Positions 1-15,229 are shown, counted from the first letter of the stretch. The stretch is DNA of 64,000 nt from the human T2T-CHM13v2.0 reference genome, Homo sapiens (GCF_009914755.1 NC_060935.1), one strand, 5' to 3'. Notes: generated by a model from the letters alone, not told the origin. Translations and numbers: made by a program.

Positions 1-689
1 CTTCTGTTATTCAATCCAGGACCAGGACAATGGAAAGAATGACATCATGATTCCCATGCCACCCAGGGAAACAAATCAAATACAAATCACTAAAAAAGCC
101 TCCAAAGAGTCAAGACACAATTAAAATTTTTACAAAGGAAGGTGCCTAAGCAGAAGGTATTTGAATGCTATTGGACTTAAAAATGATGTTTGGGAATTTT
201 AATAAAATGTTTCATATGAAAGGGAAAACAATCTAAATGTTGACAACAAAGCGTGGCACATTACTGACTAAAAAAAATTCTAAAGCTAAATTATGTCCCA
301 GGTATTCACTCAATTAAGTAACTAGATAAACAGCTAATCCTAACACATACTGTGAGCCAAATAATTCTGGTCACGTTTTATAGGTCAGCCTAGAGTTTCT
401 CAGATATTTTCACTAAAATACTTCTCAGGGGCTACAGAATAATTACATATGGGGATATAGGATTTAGAGGGATGGCTTCAGCGGCCCCACACCAAATTTA
501 TTATCATTTCATACTTCATCTTTAAAAAGTATTTTTTTAAATATGTAATATTAAGATACTTTTCCCTCAAAACTCCACATAATGATCTAGGAAAGTCAGC
601 CATACTTTTTCTGGGTTTGTGTACCTTCTTGGACAACTTCTGTATAAATACAGGTATAGATATTTTGCCTTGAAAACTAATTTAAGCTT

Positions 690-850
690 CACAGCCACTC
701 TATGAAGTAAATACCATTACCCCCATTTTATAGATGAGAATATGACCAGCCCAAGGTCACAAAGCTATTAATACTAAGAGGTAGAGAGTGTATATTAATC
801 CCTGTTTTTCGGAAACCAAAGCCCTTGATGCTTTTTCTATAATACCATAA
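690..850 (-). mobile_element. MIR SINE fragment
   Basis: ccccattttatagatgagaa...cccaaggtcacaaagcta is the antisense MIR core. Confidence 0.75.
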
Positions 851-3073
851 TACTTTCACCACAAAATATAGGAGTAACAAAGTTAGAGCTTATACTTATT
901 GGAATTTTGTTTCTTATAGTAATTCTCAAAAGAAGCAACAGCTTTAGGGAAATATATTTTATAAAAGGAAAATCAATTTTTCTTAATTTTATTTAAAAAA
1001 ATTGAAGCATACTAAATGGCCTCTAGCTAAAAGTTTATTTTTGTTGTGGGGAAGCACAAGGAAATAAATACTATTACAATGTTATATTTACCAGGTAATG
1101 TAATGTCAAAATACCAAAATAAAATTTATACTTTGTAAGTAAATTGCATGTATTCTTAAGAAAAAATATAAAACCATGACAATTATCTACAATTAGTCAA
1201 ATAAATGGTATACCTGAATATGAGTAAAATAAAAATTATAAAGTGGAGTGCTAACCCTTTATCACTATTGGGGAGACAAGGACTTAGAGAGGGAAGTCAA
1301 ATAGAAAAATTCTGCCTGTGATTTAGAATGTAAAGAAACATAGATAGTTGACTTTGCACTCATGGTAACACCAAGAAAATCTAGAGAGTATAAAAGACAT
1401 ACATTTTGTAGGACTACTGATATGTGGTGAGTTACAGCAGCTTTCAGGGGCAAATGGTGCAGGTGCAGGGAACAGAAAAGGAGATCTGCCAATGATCAAG
1501 AAACTTACCTTGTTAAAAAATGGTCAACAGAGCTATGGATAACGGTAGGATCAGCCAGGAAAGATGGATTTGAAAAATTCTCAAGTGCAGTATTATTTGC
1601 ACGTCATAAAAAGTCTTCCTACCTTATTCTTTCCCAAGTTTACTGAGAAAAGGGAAGTGAAGATAGGCTTGAAAAGCAACAAAGAATGTATGTATTCTTA
1701 AGAGAGTATGTATTTCTAAGAGTGCTAGAAAGCTTTGAATCTAGGCTCACAAACTAGTCAAAAAGACAATTTCCTAGGCAGCTACTACAGTGAGATTGAA
1801 GTTGACATAAACAAAATTGAACATAATCTGCTTAAAGTTGAGGCTCAATCACACACTCACCCGATATTAATAATTTCTGAATTATTACTGCCTCCCTTTT
1901 GTTACCAAATGTAGGGCAGAGCTCTCACTCTCTGGGAAAAACGTTTTCCTATAAAACATGTCTAGTATAATAAAATACAATACATGCAAAAAAGCAAGAA
2001 AATAGGATCCAAAAGAAATCAATCCATAGATCACCAAAATAGTGGAACAAGTAGACAAAGATTTTTGAAGTAACTAATACAAATATGTTCAAAATTTACA
2101 TAATAATAAAGAAAAAATGGAAGAACAAATAGGAATCTTGGCAGTAAACTGAAAATAATTTTAAAAAGAACAAAATCAAAATTGTAGATATGAAAAATAC
2201 ATTAAATTATCAATACACTGAAAGGGTTCAAAAGAAGAATGAATGAATCACCAAAGAAGGGTTTACTCAGTGGGAATATAGGTCAATAGAAATTATTCAG
2301 GATAAAATCTGAGAGAAAAAATACTGCAAAATAAACCTACAGTGTCAGTTATCTGTTTGACAATATCAAGTGGTCTAACATTCATGCAGCTGGAGTCTCA
2401 GAAAAGAAAAAGTGGGAAAGACAAAAATATGTGAGAAATTATTTTTCTAAAACTTTCCAAGTTTGATGAAAAAAACCACAGTTCTAAGAAGTCCAATGAA
2501 TTACAAAGAGGATAAATATATGGAAAAGTATGCCAAGAAATATTCTAGTCAAAATATTATAAATTTTAAAAAAGAAAGAAAATCCCAAGACTACTAAGGA
2601 ATAAAAAGATATGTCACATACAAAGGTACTATTATAAAAGTGACTGAAAACTTCTTAGAAAAAATAATGCACAAGACAAACCAGTGATGTCTTTGGAGTA
2701 CTCGAAGGGAAGGAAAAATTAGTCAAATTAGTATTCAATATGAGTAAGAATATTATTAAAAAATGTAGTCAATAAGTAATTTTACAATAGATCATATCAG
2801 AGAGCATTAATTGCCAGCATGTCTGCACCAAATAAAACACTGAAGAAACATTTCAGGGGAAAGAAAAATAATAGCAGTTGGAATTTCAGATTTACAGAAA
2901 AATTTTAAAAGTCACATAAAAATTAGTCACCCGACTAATTTTTGTATTTTTAGTAGAGACTAGGTTTCACTATGTAAATATCCAAGACTTTTTAGCAGAG
3001 ACTAAGTTTCACTATGTAAATATCCAAGACTTTTGATAATGCTTCCCAATTTCATTGAAAGATGTTTAATTTT

Positions 3074-4295
3074 ATAAATTGCTTTGGGCAGTATGGCCAT
3101 TTTCACGATATTGATTCTTCCTATCCATGAGCATGGAATGTTTTTTCCATTTGTTTGTGTACTCTCTGATTTCTTTGAGCAGTGGTTGGTAGTTCTCCTT
3201 GAAGAGGTCCTTCACTTCCCTTGCTAGCTGTATTCCTAGGTATTTTATTCTTTTTGTAGCAATTCTGAATGGGAGTTCATTCATGATTTGGCTTTCTGCT
3301 TGCCTGTTGTCGGTTTAAAGGAATGCTAGCGAATTTTGCACATTGATTCGGTATCCTGAGACTTTGCTGAAGTTGCTTATCAGCTTAAGAAGCTTTAAGA
3401 CTGAGACAATAGGGTTTTCTAAATATAGGTTCACTTTTTTTGCAAACAAGATGGTTTGACTTCCTCTCTTTCTACTTGAATATCTTTTATTTCTTTCTCT
3501 TGCCTGATTTCCCTGGCAGAACTTCTAATACCATGTTGAATAGAAGTGCTGAGAGAGGGCATCCTTGTCTTGTGCCTGTTTTCAATAGGAATGCTTCCAG
3601 CTTTTGCTCACTCAGTATGATATTGGTTGTGGGTTTGTCACATATGGCTCTTATTATTTTGAGGTATGTTCCTTCAATACCCAGTTTATTGAGAGTTTTT
3701 AACATGTAGGGATGTTGAATTTTATCAAACACTTTTCCACCTCTATTGAGATAATCATGTGGTTTTTGTCTTTTGTTCTGTTTATGTGATGAATCACATT
3801 TATTGGTTTGTGTATGTTGAACCAATCTTTTACCCCAGGGATGAAGCCTATTTGACTGTAATGGATAAGCTTTTGGATGTGCTGCTGGATTTGGTTTGCT
3901 AGTACTTTATTGAGGTTTTTGCATCAATGTTCATCAAGCATCGTGCCCTGATATTTTCTTTTTTGTTGTTGTATCTCTGCCACATTTTGGTATCAGGATG
4001 ATGCTGGCCTCATAGAATGAGTTAGGGAGGAGTCCCTCCTTTCCAGTTCTTTGGAACAGTTTCAGTAGAAATCGTATCAGCTCTTCCTTGGACCTCTGGT
4101 AGAATTTAGCTGTTTATATGTCTGGTTCTGGGCTTTTTTTTTTTTTTATTGGTAGGCTATTTATTACTGCCTCAATTACAGAACACATTACTGGTCTATT
4201 CAGGGATACAATTTCTTCCTGGTTCGGTCTTGAAAGGGTGTATGTGTCCAAGAATGTATCAATTTTTTCTAGATTTTCTAGTTTATGTGCATAGA
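3074..4295 (-). mobile_element. Inverted ORF2 segment of a 5'-inverted L1PA (about L1PA12-14)
   Basis: Minus-strand ORFs match L1 ORF2 RT-region peptides ([37 protein letters not shown]) with frameshifts and stops. Confidence 0.92.
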
Positions 4296-4360
4296 TATTT
4301 AATGCTATTCCCATTAAGCTACCATTGACATTCTTCACAGAGTTAGAAGAAACTATTTTC

Positions 4361-4663
4361 TTTTTTTTTTTTTTTTTTTTTTTTGAGGTGGAGTCTCACT
4401 CTGTCATCCAGGCATAGTGTTATGGTGGGGTTTCGGCTCACTGCAACCTCCACCTCCCGGGTTCAAGCGATTCTCCTGCCTCAGCCTCCTGAGTAGCTGG
4501 GACTACAGGTGCATGCCACCACACCTGACTAATTTTTGTATTTTTAGTAGAGACTAGGTTTCACTATGTTGGCCAGGCTGGTCTCGAACTCCTGACTTCA
4601 TGATCCTCCTGCCTTGGCCTCCCAAAGTGCTGTGATTACAGGCAGGAGCCACCATGCCCAGCC
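4361..4663 (-). mobile_element. Alu (AluSg-like)
   Basis: Poly-T plus full antisense dimer; TSD ctatttt on both sides; inserted in L1PA. Confidence 0.95.
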
Positions 4664-5848
4664 TATTTTAAAATTTATATGGAACCAAAAAGAGCCCAAA
4701 TAGCCAAGACAATCCAAGCAGAAAGAACAAAACTGGAGACATCACACTATCCAACTTCAAACTCTCCTACAAGCCTGCAGTAACCAAAAGAGGATGGGAC
4801 TGGTACAAGGACAGACACATAGACCAATGGAACAGCATAGAGAATCCAGAGATGAGATTTCACACCTACAACCATCTGATCTTTGACAAACCTGATGAAA
4901 ATAAGCAATGAGGAAAGGATTCTCTATTTAATACATGGTTCTGGGAGAATTGGCTAGCCATATGCAGAAAACTGAAACTGGACCCCTTCCTTAAACCTTA
5001 TACAAAAATTAACTCAAGATGGATTAAAGACTTAAATGTAAAACCCAAAACTATAAAAACCCTAGAAGAAAATCCAGGCAATATCATTCAGGACATAGGC
5101 ACAGGCAAAGATTTCCTAACGAAGACACCAGAAGCAATTGAAACAAAAGCAAAAATTGACAAATAGGATATAATTAAACTAAAGACCTTCTGCACAGCAA
5201 AAGAAACTATCATCAAAGTGAACAGACAACATATAAAATGGGAGAATATTTTTGCAATCTATTCATATGACAAAAGTGTAACATCCAGCATCTACAAGGA
5301 ACTCAAACATTACACACACACACACACACAAATTAAAAAGTGGGCAAAGTACAAGAACAGACACTTCTCAAAAGAAGACATCACGTGGCCAACAAACATA
5401 TGAAAAGAAAGCTCAACATCGCCAATTATTAGAGAAGTGCAAATCAAAACCACAATGAGATACCATCTCACGCCAGTCAGAATGGCTATTATTTAAAAGT
5501 CAAAAAACAACAGTTTCTCACAAGGTTATGGAGAAAAAGGAAAGCTTTTACACTGTTGGTGGGAGTGTAAATTAGTTCAACTGTTGTGAAAGACACTGTG
5601 GTGAATCCTCAAAGACCTAGAGGCAAAAATACCATTTGACCGAACAATCCCATTACTAGGTATATACCAAAAGAAATATAAAAAAATTCTATGATAAAAT
5701 CACATGCACATGTATGTTCAGTGCAGCACTGTTCACAATAGCAAAGGCATGGAACCAACCTAAATGCCCATCAATGATAGACTGGATAAAGAAAATATGG
5801 TACATATACACCATGGAATACTATGCAGCCATAAAAAGGAATGCGATC

Positions 5849-6242
<394 letters not shown>

Positions 6243-6510
6243 CTACATATTCTCACTTATAAGTGGGAACTGAATGATGAGAACACATGAACACATGGAA
6301 GGGAAAAACACAAAATGGGGCTTGTCAGAGGGTGTGGGTGACAGGAGGGAATGCCTCAGGAAGAACAGCTAATAGAGGCTGGTCTTAATACCTAGGTGAT
6401 GGGATGACCTGTGCAGCAAACCACCATGGCACACATCTACCTATGTAACAAGTCTGCACATCCTGCACATGTGTCCCTGAACTTCAAATAAAAGTCGGGG
6501 AAAAATATTT

Positions 6511-6807
<297 letters not shown>

Positions 6808-7252
6808 AAGATATTTGATTTTTAAAGCAAACAACGTTTTGTGGGGATGTACAGCATAGGTAAGAGTAACACAAAAAATAGAAATAGAGAAATACAGTAC
6901 AATAAATTTCTTATATGTGGCAGGGCACGGTATTGATTCATCTAAACTGTAATAGGTTAAAGATGGATAGTATAATCTTCAGTGCAACTACTAAAAATTA
7001 ATACAAGAAAAATTTTCAATACAGGAAGATAAAATACTACAAAATATGTGATTATTCCAAAAGAAGGCTGGAAAGGAAGATCAAAGAAACAAAAAAACAG
7101 AAGAAACAGATAAATTACTAATGGTGGACTTAAATGAAACATTATAATTATTATTTATATTAAATGCAAATGAAAGACATTTCAATTAAAAGGCAGATAT
7201 CAGAATAGACATTAATAAAAACACTCTACAATGCTTGCCATTGATATACTTT

Positions 7253-7555
7253 TTAATTTATTTTATTTTATTTGTTATTATTCTTTTGAGATAGAGTCTC
7301 ATTCTGTCTCCAGGACTGGAGTGGTTCACTGCACCCTCTGCCTCCTGAATTCAAGCCATTCTCCTGCCTCAGCCTCCTAAGTAGCTGGGATTATAGGCTC
7401 CCGCCACCACACTTGGCTATTTTTTTTGTATGATTAGGAGAGATGGGATTTTGCCATACTGGCCAGGCTGGTCTTGAACTCCTGACCTCAGGTGATACAC
7501 CCACCTCAGCCTCCCAAAGTGCTGGGATTACAGGCGTGAGTCACCGCACCCAGCA
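7253..7555 (-). mobile_element. AluSx-like with small internal deletion
   Basis: Antisense dimer; TSD gcca(t/c)tgat(a/g)tacttt at 7237-7252 and 7556-7571. Confidence 0.9.
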
Positions 7556-9607
7556 GCCACTGATGTACTTTAAATTAAAAAACATAGATAGAAATTAAGA
7601 GGATGGTAAATAAAGCTAACACAAATCATAATAATAGTGAACTGCGTTATTAAAGGAGATGATGTAGACTGTAAAACAAGGAGCAAAACGGAAAAAGAGG
7701 GATATTTCATAAGGACTAAAAGATAGATTCAGCAGAAAGACAAAGCAATCTTAACTGTATTCATACCTAACCATAAAGCTTCAGAATAGAAGGAGCAAAA
7801 ACTTACAAAACTAAAGGGAAGTATAGACAAATCTACAAATATATTTGGAGACTTTAATATTCCTCTTTGAGTAATTGAGTGAACAAGTAAATAAAAAGTA
7901 AGAATATAAAAGATTCAAATAATACTATTGACCAAATTGGCACTATATATATTATAGAACACTCAGTATATGCATAATACAGATTCTTTTTAAGCACACA
8001 TAAAACACTCATCAAGTAAGACTACACTGGGCCATAAAACAAATCTCAATAAATTTCAAAGGACTGAAAACATAGACTAAATTCTCTGAGAATAACAGAA
8101 TTAAATTAAAAAAAACAAAAATAAAGTAACATATTTCTTAATTATTTGTGAGTCAAATAAAAGATCATAAAGAAAATAAAAAATATTTTGATTTGCAGCT
8201 TAATAAAAGCATAATAGATAACAAATTTTTTTGGACTCAGCTAAAGTGGTGCTAAGGAAATTCATTGCCTTAAATGCTTGTAATGGAAATCAAAAAAGAT
8301 CAAAAACCAATGATCTAAGCTTCTATCTTAAAAAGCTACAAAAATGAAGATGGTATATTCAAAGTAACTAAAAGAAAATAATGAAGGACAGAAGTCAGTG
8401 AAATAGAAAGCAAGCAAACAATAGAAGATGTCACCAAATACAAGGTAGTACTCTGATAAAAATCAATGAAGTTGATAAACACCTAATAAAACTGATTTTT
8501 TTAAAGACAGATGGCATCAATTCCAATATCAGGAATAAAGGGAGAACATCATTACGAGTCTTAAATATATTAAACAGAAATGAAGGCAATATTATCAACA
8601 TTTCTATGCTAGTAAACTCTGCAGCTTAGATGAAATACTGTAATATTTCATCTAAGTTGCAGTTTCTTTGGCATAGAAACTCTTTTCAATGGACACAAAC
8701 TACCAAAGCTTATTCAAGAAGGAATAGAAAACTGTTTAGTCCTGTATAGTCTTGTATAGTCCTGAATCGTCCTGCATCTGTTGAAAACATTGAATGTGAA
8801 GTTTAAAAACTCCACAAAGTAATTCCATGTCCACATGGCCTTGCTTGTAAATTCTACCAAATATGTAAAGAAGAAATAACACCATTCTTATACAAACTCT
8901 TCCACAAAATAGAGAACAAAGGAAAACATCCCAAGTCATTTTTTGAGGCCAGGGTTAGTCTGATAATATAACCTGACAAGAACACAATGAGAAAAGCAAA
9001 AGATCAATATCCTCCAAGAACAAAGATGCAAAATTCCTAAACAAAATAGTAGCACACCAAATCTAATAATATATAAATAGGATAATACATCAGGACCAAG
9101 GGGAATTTTTCACAAGAATACAAGGTGGGCTTAACATTTAAAAATCAATCAGTGTAACTCAACATACTAATAATATACAAGAGAAAATTCATATAGTCAT
9201 CTCAATAGGTACAGAAAAATAATCGGACAGTATCTTTATACCTATTTGTGATAATGCTTCCATTACTTTGATTCAACATTATATTGGAGACCTTAGCATG
9301 GACATTATAATGGACAAAGAAAATAAATAGAAGGCATAAAATTTGGGGAATAATGCATAAAAATGACTTTGTTTGCAGATGACACAACTTTATATGTAGA
9401 AACCTCCCCCAAATCTAAAACAAACAAATACCAAAAAATTCATATAAAATTAGGTTAATAAGGGAATTCAGTAACGTCTTAGGATAAAAGTTCAATGTAA
9501 AAAGTTATTTGCATGTATGTATATTACCAACCAACTGTTGGAAAATTAAATTTAAAAAATCAATGCCAATTCATCAGCAACAAAAAATACAAGATATATA
9601 AGAATAA

Positions 9608-9608
9608 A

Positions 9609-9647
<39 letters not shown>

Positions 9648-9659
9648 GTATGTATATAT
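9608..9659. repeat. (CT)n(AT)n compound microsatellite
   Basis: Direct reading. Confidence 0.95.
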
Positions 9660-10551
9660 GACTACTCCTACACTGAAAATTACAAAATACTGCTGAGATA
9701 GCTTACATAAATGGAAAAATATACCACGCTTATGGGTTGGAAGACTCAATATTGTAGAGAGGTAAATTATTTTTAAGTTTACTTGAAAAGTCAATGAAAT
9801 GCCAATGAATATCATAGCAGGCTTTCTGCAGAATTTGGTAAGTTGACCTCAAAGTGTATAAAGAAATATAAAGGGTCAAGACAGCCAACACAATCTTGAA
9901 AGAAAAAAAAAATCAGATAATTTGCACTACTTGACTTTAATATTTATTATAAAGCTATACTTACTAAGACAGTATGGTATTGGCATATGCTAGACATATA
10001 AATCACTGGAACAAAATACTGAGTCCAGATATAGTACCATAAATATGTAGTAAAATAATTTTTGACAAAGGCGCCAATGGCATTCAGAGGGGAAAGAAAC
10101 ATCTTTTTGACCAATGGTGCTGGATTACCTGGATATCTATTGGAAAAATTGAACCTTGACATCTTCCTCACATCATACACAATAAGTATTTTGTGATGGA
10201 TTAAAAACCATTATGTAATAGTTAAAACTATAAAGTTCATAAAAGAAAACATTTTTAAAATTCTTTGTGATCTAGAGATATGCAAAGGTATTTTAGAATC
10301 CAACTCACTAACCATAAAAGAAAATTTTATAAACAACATGATAAAAATGTAAATGTCTCATCAAAAGTCACTCTTGAGAAAGTGAAAATGTAAGCCACGG
10401 TCTGGGACAGAACTGCAAAACATGTTTATGAAAAAGATTTGCATCTTGAATATACAAAACAATTTTCATAAATAAATAATAAAAAAGTAAATAGCTCATT
10501 TCTTTACATGGGGAAAAAAGGCTCACCTGAGTAACTTTAGAAAACAGTGTT

Positions 10552-10590
10552 CTGTATCCCTGAACCTGAAATAAAAGTTTTTTTAAAAAA
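10552..10590 (+). mobile_element. Extreme 3' tip of an older L1PA-type element
   Basis: tgtatccctgaacctgaaataaaagtt matches the L1PA13-16-type terminus. Confidence 0.65.
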
Positions 10591-11215
<625 letters not shown>

Positions 11216-12553
11216 AAAAAATAATGAAAGAAAAATAAAGAAAATGGTGTTTTGGCTGAAAACTATGTATTTAAAGATAAAAGGAAGTGTACACTGTACA
11301 TAAACACTGTACTTTAATTGATAAATTTGTTTATCATAGGGATTAAGGCTAAAAGTTTTGAAACCAGTTTACATGTATACTGGTATTAAGTAAATAGTGG
11401 ATGGTAGAAAGTGGGAGTCTAGCTTCTCACTTTTGGAGAGGGAAGTAACCGATAAGCAGAAAAGGAAGGTTAGAATAGAACTGGAGTATAGTCAGAGACA
11501 TCAATATGAACTCATGTTTAAATATAGACTCATATATGCACCCAAATTAATAGATTTAAAAATTATAGATATATGTGTATACATAGGATAATATACATAC
11601 ATATATTACCTAGATTTGTCCCTTGAGAGAATCTGGAAACACTACTTTAACCACGTGATAAAGGTTAACGTCACCAGAAACATCAAGTAGATATTACACA
11701 TCACCTCATGTGATGTATTGAGAAGGACAGTTGACCTCTGTGATATTCTTTTTAAACACTCATAAAACTAGTCTGATCATTAAAGTAAAAACATTAGATA
11801 AATCTAGATTAGGCACATTTCACAGGATACTTGGCCAGTATTCTAAAGATAATCAAGGTCGCAAGAAATAAGAAAAGCCTGAAAAATTGTCACAGGCTGG
11901 AGGACTTAGAGTAACATGACAAATAAATGCAATGCGGAATCTCGGACTGAATTCCAGAAGAGAAAGTATATGTTAATAGGAACACTGGTGGAATCCAAAT
12001 AAAGTTTGGAGTTTAGTTAATAGTAATATATCAAAGTTGGTTTCTTAATGCTGACAAATATTCTATGGTAATATAATATGTTATCAATGTGAAAAACTGG
12101 TTCACGGGCATAAAGAAATTCTCTTTCCTATTTTTTTAACGTTCCTGTAAATCTAAGATTGTTCCAAAATAAAAAAAAAAAATTTGTTCGTGAAGAAATG
12201 GACAAACACTTGGACCAACACTTAGCAAGATGGGATATATGAATAAACAATAAACACATGAAAAAGATGCTCAAAATCTTTAGTCTTAGTGGAAACACAT
12301 GCCAAAAGCGCAATGAGATGCCACTCACTGGAATAGCTAAAATTAAAAAGATGAACAACATTTAATGTTGAAGAGGATACAGAGGAACTGGCTCCCTTAT
12401 ACACTGCTGGTGCAAATGTAGACTAGAACAACCACTGTACCAAAATGTTGGGCAGGTTCTGATTAAAGATTAGTATCTTCCTATAACAGTTAAACATAAC
12501 ACCTATCTAAGGATCCAGAAATTCTACTTCTAGTTATCTACTCCAAATAAATT

Positions 12554-12862
<309 letters not shown>

Positions 12863-12891
12863 AAAACATATGTCCACAAAGAGTCCTGTAA

Positions 12892-13099
12892 AGATCACAT
12901 GGACACAGGAAGGGGAATATCACACTCTGGGGACTGTGGTGGGGTGGGGGGAGGGGGGAGGGATAGCATTGGGAGATATACCTAAGGCTAGATGACGAGT
13001 TAGTGGGTGCAGCGCACCAGCATGGCACATGTATACATATGTAACTAACCTGCACAATGTGCACATGTACCCTAAAACTTAAATTAAAAAAAAAAAAAA
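12892..13099 (+). mobile_element. Young 5'-truncated L1PA2-like 3' end
   Basis: ggggaatatcacactctggggactgtggtgggg; gatgacGAGttagtgggtgcagcgcaccagc (GAG, not the Ta ACA); pure poly-A. Confidence 0.88.
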
Positions 13100-13967
13100 G
13101 AAGAATCTTCATTGCAGCTTTATTCAGAAAAGCAAAAAACTGCAAACAACTGAAATGTCTATTATTGGGAACATGGATAAACAAATTATGATATGTTTAA
13201 ACAATAGACTACTACTTAGAAATAAAGGAACAAGTTCTTGATACAAATAACAATATGAATGAATCTTAAAAAACATGTTGAGTGATAGAAGACACAGCAA
13301 GTATATACTGAATTATTTCATTTTTATGAGTTTAAGGAACGGCAAAACTAAGTAATGAAGAAAGAAATCAGGATACTGGTTGATTCTGGGAGGGCACAGA
13401 CTGAAAAAAAGAAAAGAGAACTTTCTAGGGTGATGTCAGTACTCTATATCTCAGTTTAAAGTGTTACACAAGCGTATTCGTTTATCAAAACTCAGCAATC
13501 TGTACACTTTAAGATCTGTGCATTTTGCTGTATATAATTGTACTTCACTTAAACATTTAGGTAAGGAAAAGAAAAGCTCTGACTTGAACTCTTGAATCAA
13601 GTTTCTAAAGTATATCATTGGATGAAAAGAAACAAAACAACTGTAGAAACAGATATAACAGAAATATATGACATCTGTTAGTTCTCACTGGAGCATAAAC
13701 TACTGTAAAAAGTGATTATAGTCATCTCAGACTCTCCTGATTGCAATTAAGCCCTCTCATATTGGTGATACAAAAGTACTTTCTATATTGCTGTATTCCT
13801 CTCTTATGGCATTCCTATTATTGCAGAGATGAATGCAAATGATAACCCACTTCAGCCTAGGTAATTGAGTATTATCCTATTATACTTGTAGTTCACCTCC
13901 TTCCCTGCTCAGATTGAGACCAGTGCCATATTCTCTATAAGAGAAGCTTTCAAAATTAGTTTGAATA

Positions 13968-14100
13968 ATTATTTATTTAAGAGAGAGATTGGGTCTTACT
14001 ATGTTGCCCAGACTGGTCTCAAACTCCTGGGCTCCAGTGATCTGCCCACCTTAGCCTCCCAAAGTGCTGGGATTACAGGTGTGAACCACCAAACCCAGCC
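13968..14100 (-). mobile_element. FLAM_C / Alu left monomer
   Basis: Antisense left arm only, ctcctgggctccagtgatc. Confidence 0.85.
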
Positions 14101-14872
14101 AATTTAATTTGTAACAGGTTTTAAAAAGGGAAAGCTTATGGGTAAATATAATAAATGCATGCCCACTTCCCAAATTTTCCCTATTGCTTTAGGTAAAAAC
14201 AATACTAAAAAATGGAAGACAAAATTTTAATTCAAGATAAAATAGACTTTCCTTAGTATTATAACTATGTTTAAAACTATTTTATTTAGTTTTATCACCT
14301 ATAGGAAACTCAGTCTATAGGATCAGATTTAACTCAGCAGAAAAATCCCTTTTGTTAAAGGGAAAATAATGGCTGATTATATTCAGACTTTTTTTGCTGT
14401 GAAGATAAGATATATTTATCAAAATTAGAGTAGATGGCTCCAACATTTCCAAACTTAGAATATATGCTATACTTCTATTCTATATAAGAGGATAAATAGA
14501 TGTGTATATAACCTCCCTCAAGTGTGAGCTGGAAAGGCTCAGTGCATTGCATATAAACAGTTATGCCAAGACGCTGGTTTCATTATGAAACATTTACACT
14601 AAGCACTGTTTGCAGCATGCATGCCGTTCTGTGTTTTTCTATTACTTTCAAATGAAGTAATCTATCTGTAGAAAATGAGCAAATGGAATATTCATGAGTT
14701 AAGAGATAATTTTTATCATCCCTGGAGACCGTCTTTCTTTGGGTTATTACCTGCAGAGCTCAACTGTATGAAAATTGATTAAACATCATTTACCAATTAT
14801 AGTGATACCAGAGCATATTCCTTAAAGCAAACACTAAAAGCATAATGATTCTCACAATAGAAGGTATGTTTG

Positions 14873-15052
14873 CAGGGCTGGATCCAGGTTCTGTGGGGCT
14901 TGAATCTTATATAATTTGGGGACCTCTTATTTAAGAAAAATGACATAAAATTACAAAAACACAATTGCTGCAATCCCTCTTGGGGCACTGGAAAGAGCCA
15001 TGCAAATGAATGGCCTCTAAGTTTCATTTGCTTAAAGGAAAATCTGCCTTTG
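14873..15052 (-). mobile_element. MER69A (Arthur1, hAT-Tip100) MITE
   Basis: cagggctggatccaggttctgtggggcttgaatcttatataatttgggg...aaatctgcctttg. Confidence 0.75.
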
Positions 15053-15229
15053 TTAATTTTATTTTAAGAAGTAGTGGCAGTAGATCAAAGAATTTGTCCA
15101 TTTAAACCTATTTAAAAACTAACAAATAAGCCTTTGAGTTTTCGTAATTGACTTGAAAACCAGTGGCTAATGATGCTTTTCTAAGGGGTCATCTGACTGA
15201 ATTCAAGTACGGTACTTACTTTCACTTTT

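Noticed and set aside
11285-11312. Repeated acactgtac
   Set aside because: Largely a native feature of the L1MC 3'UTR as I recall it.
13827-13860. Possible + strand micro-exon (ttgcag|...cctag|gtaatt)
   Set aside because: 34 nt, not frame-preserving, no partner exons or recognisable peptide; such site pairs occur by chance.
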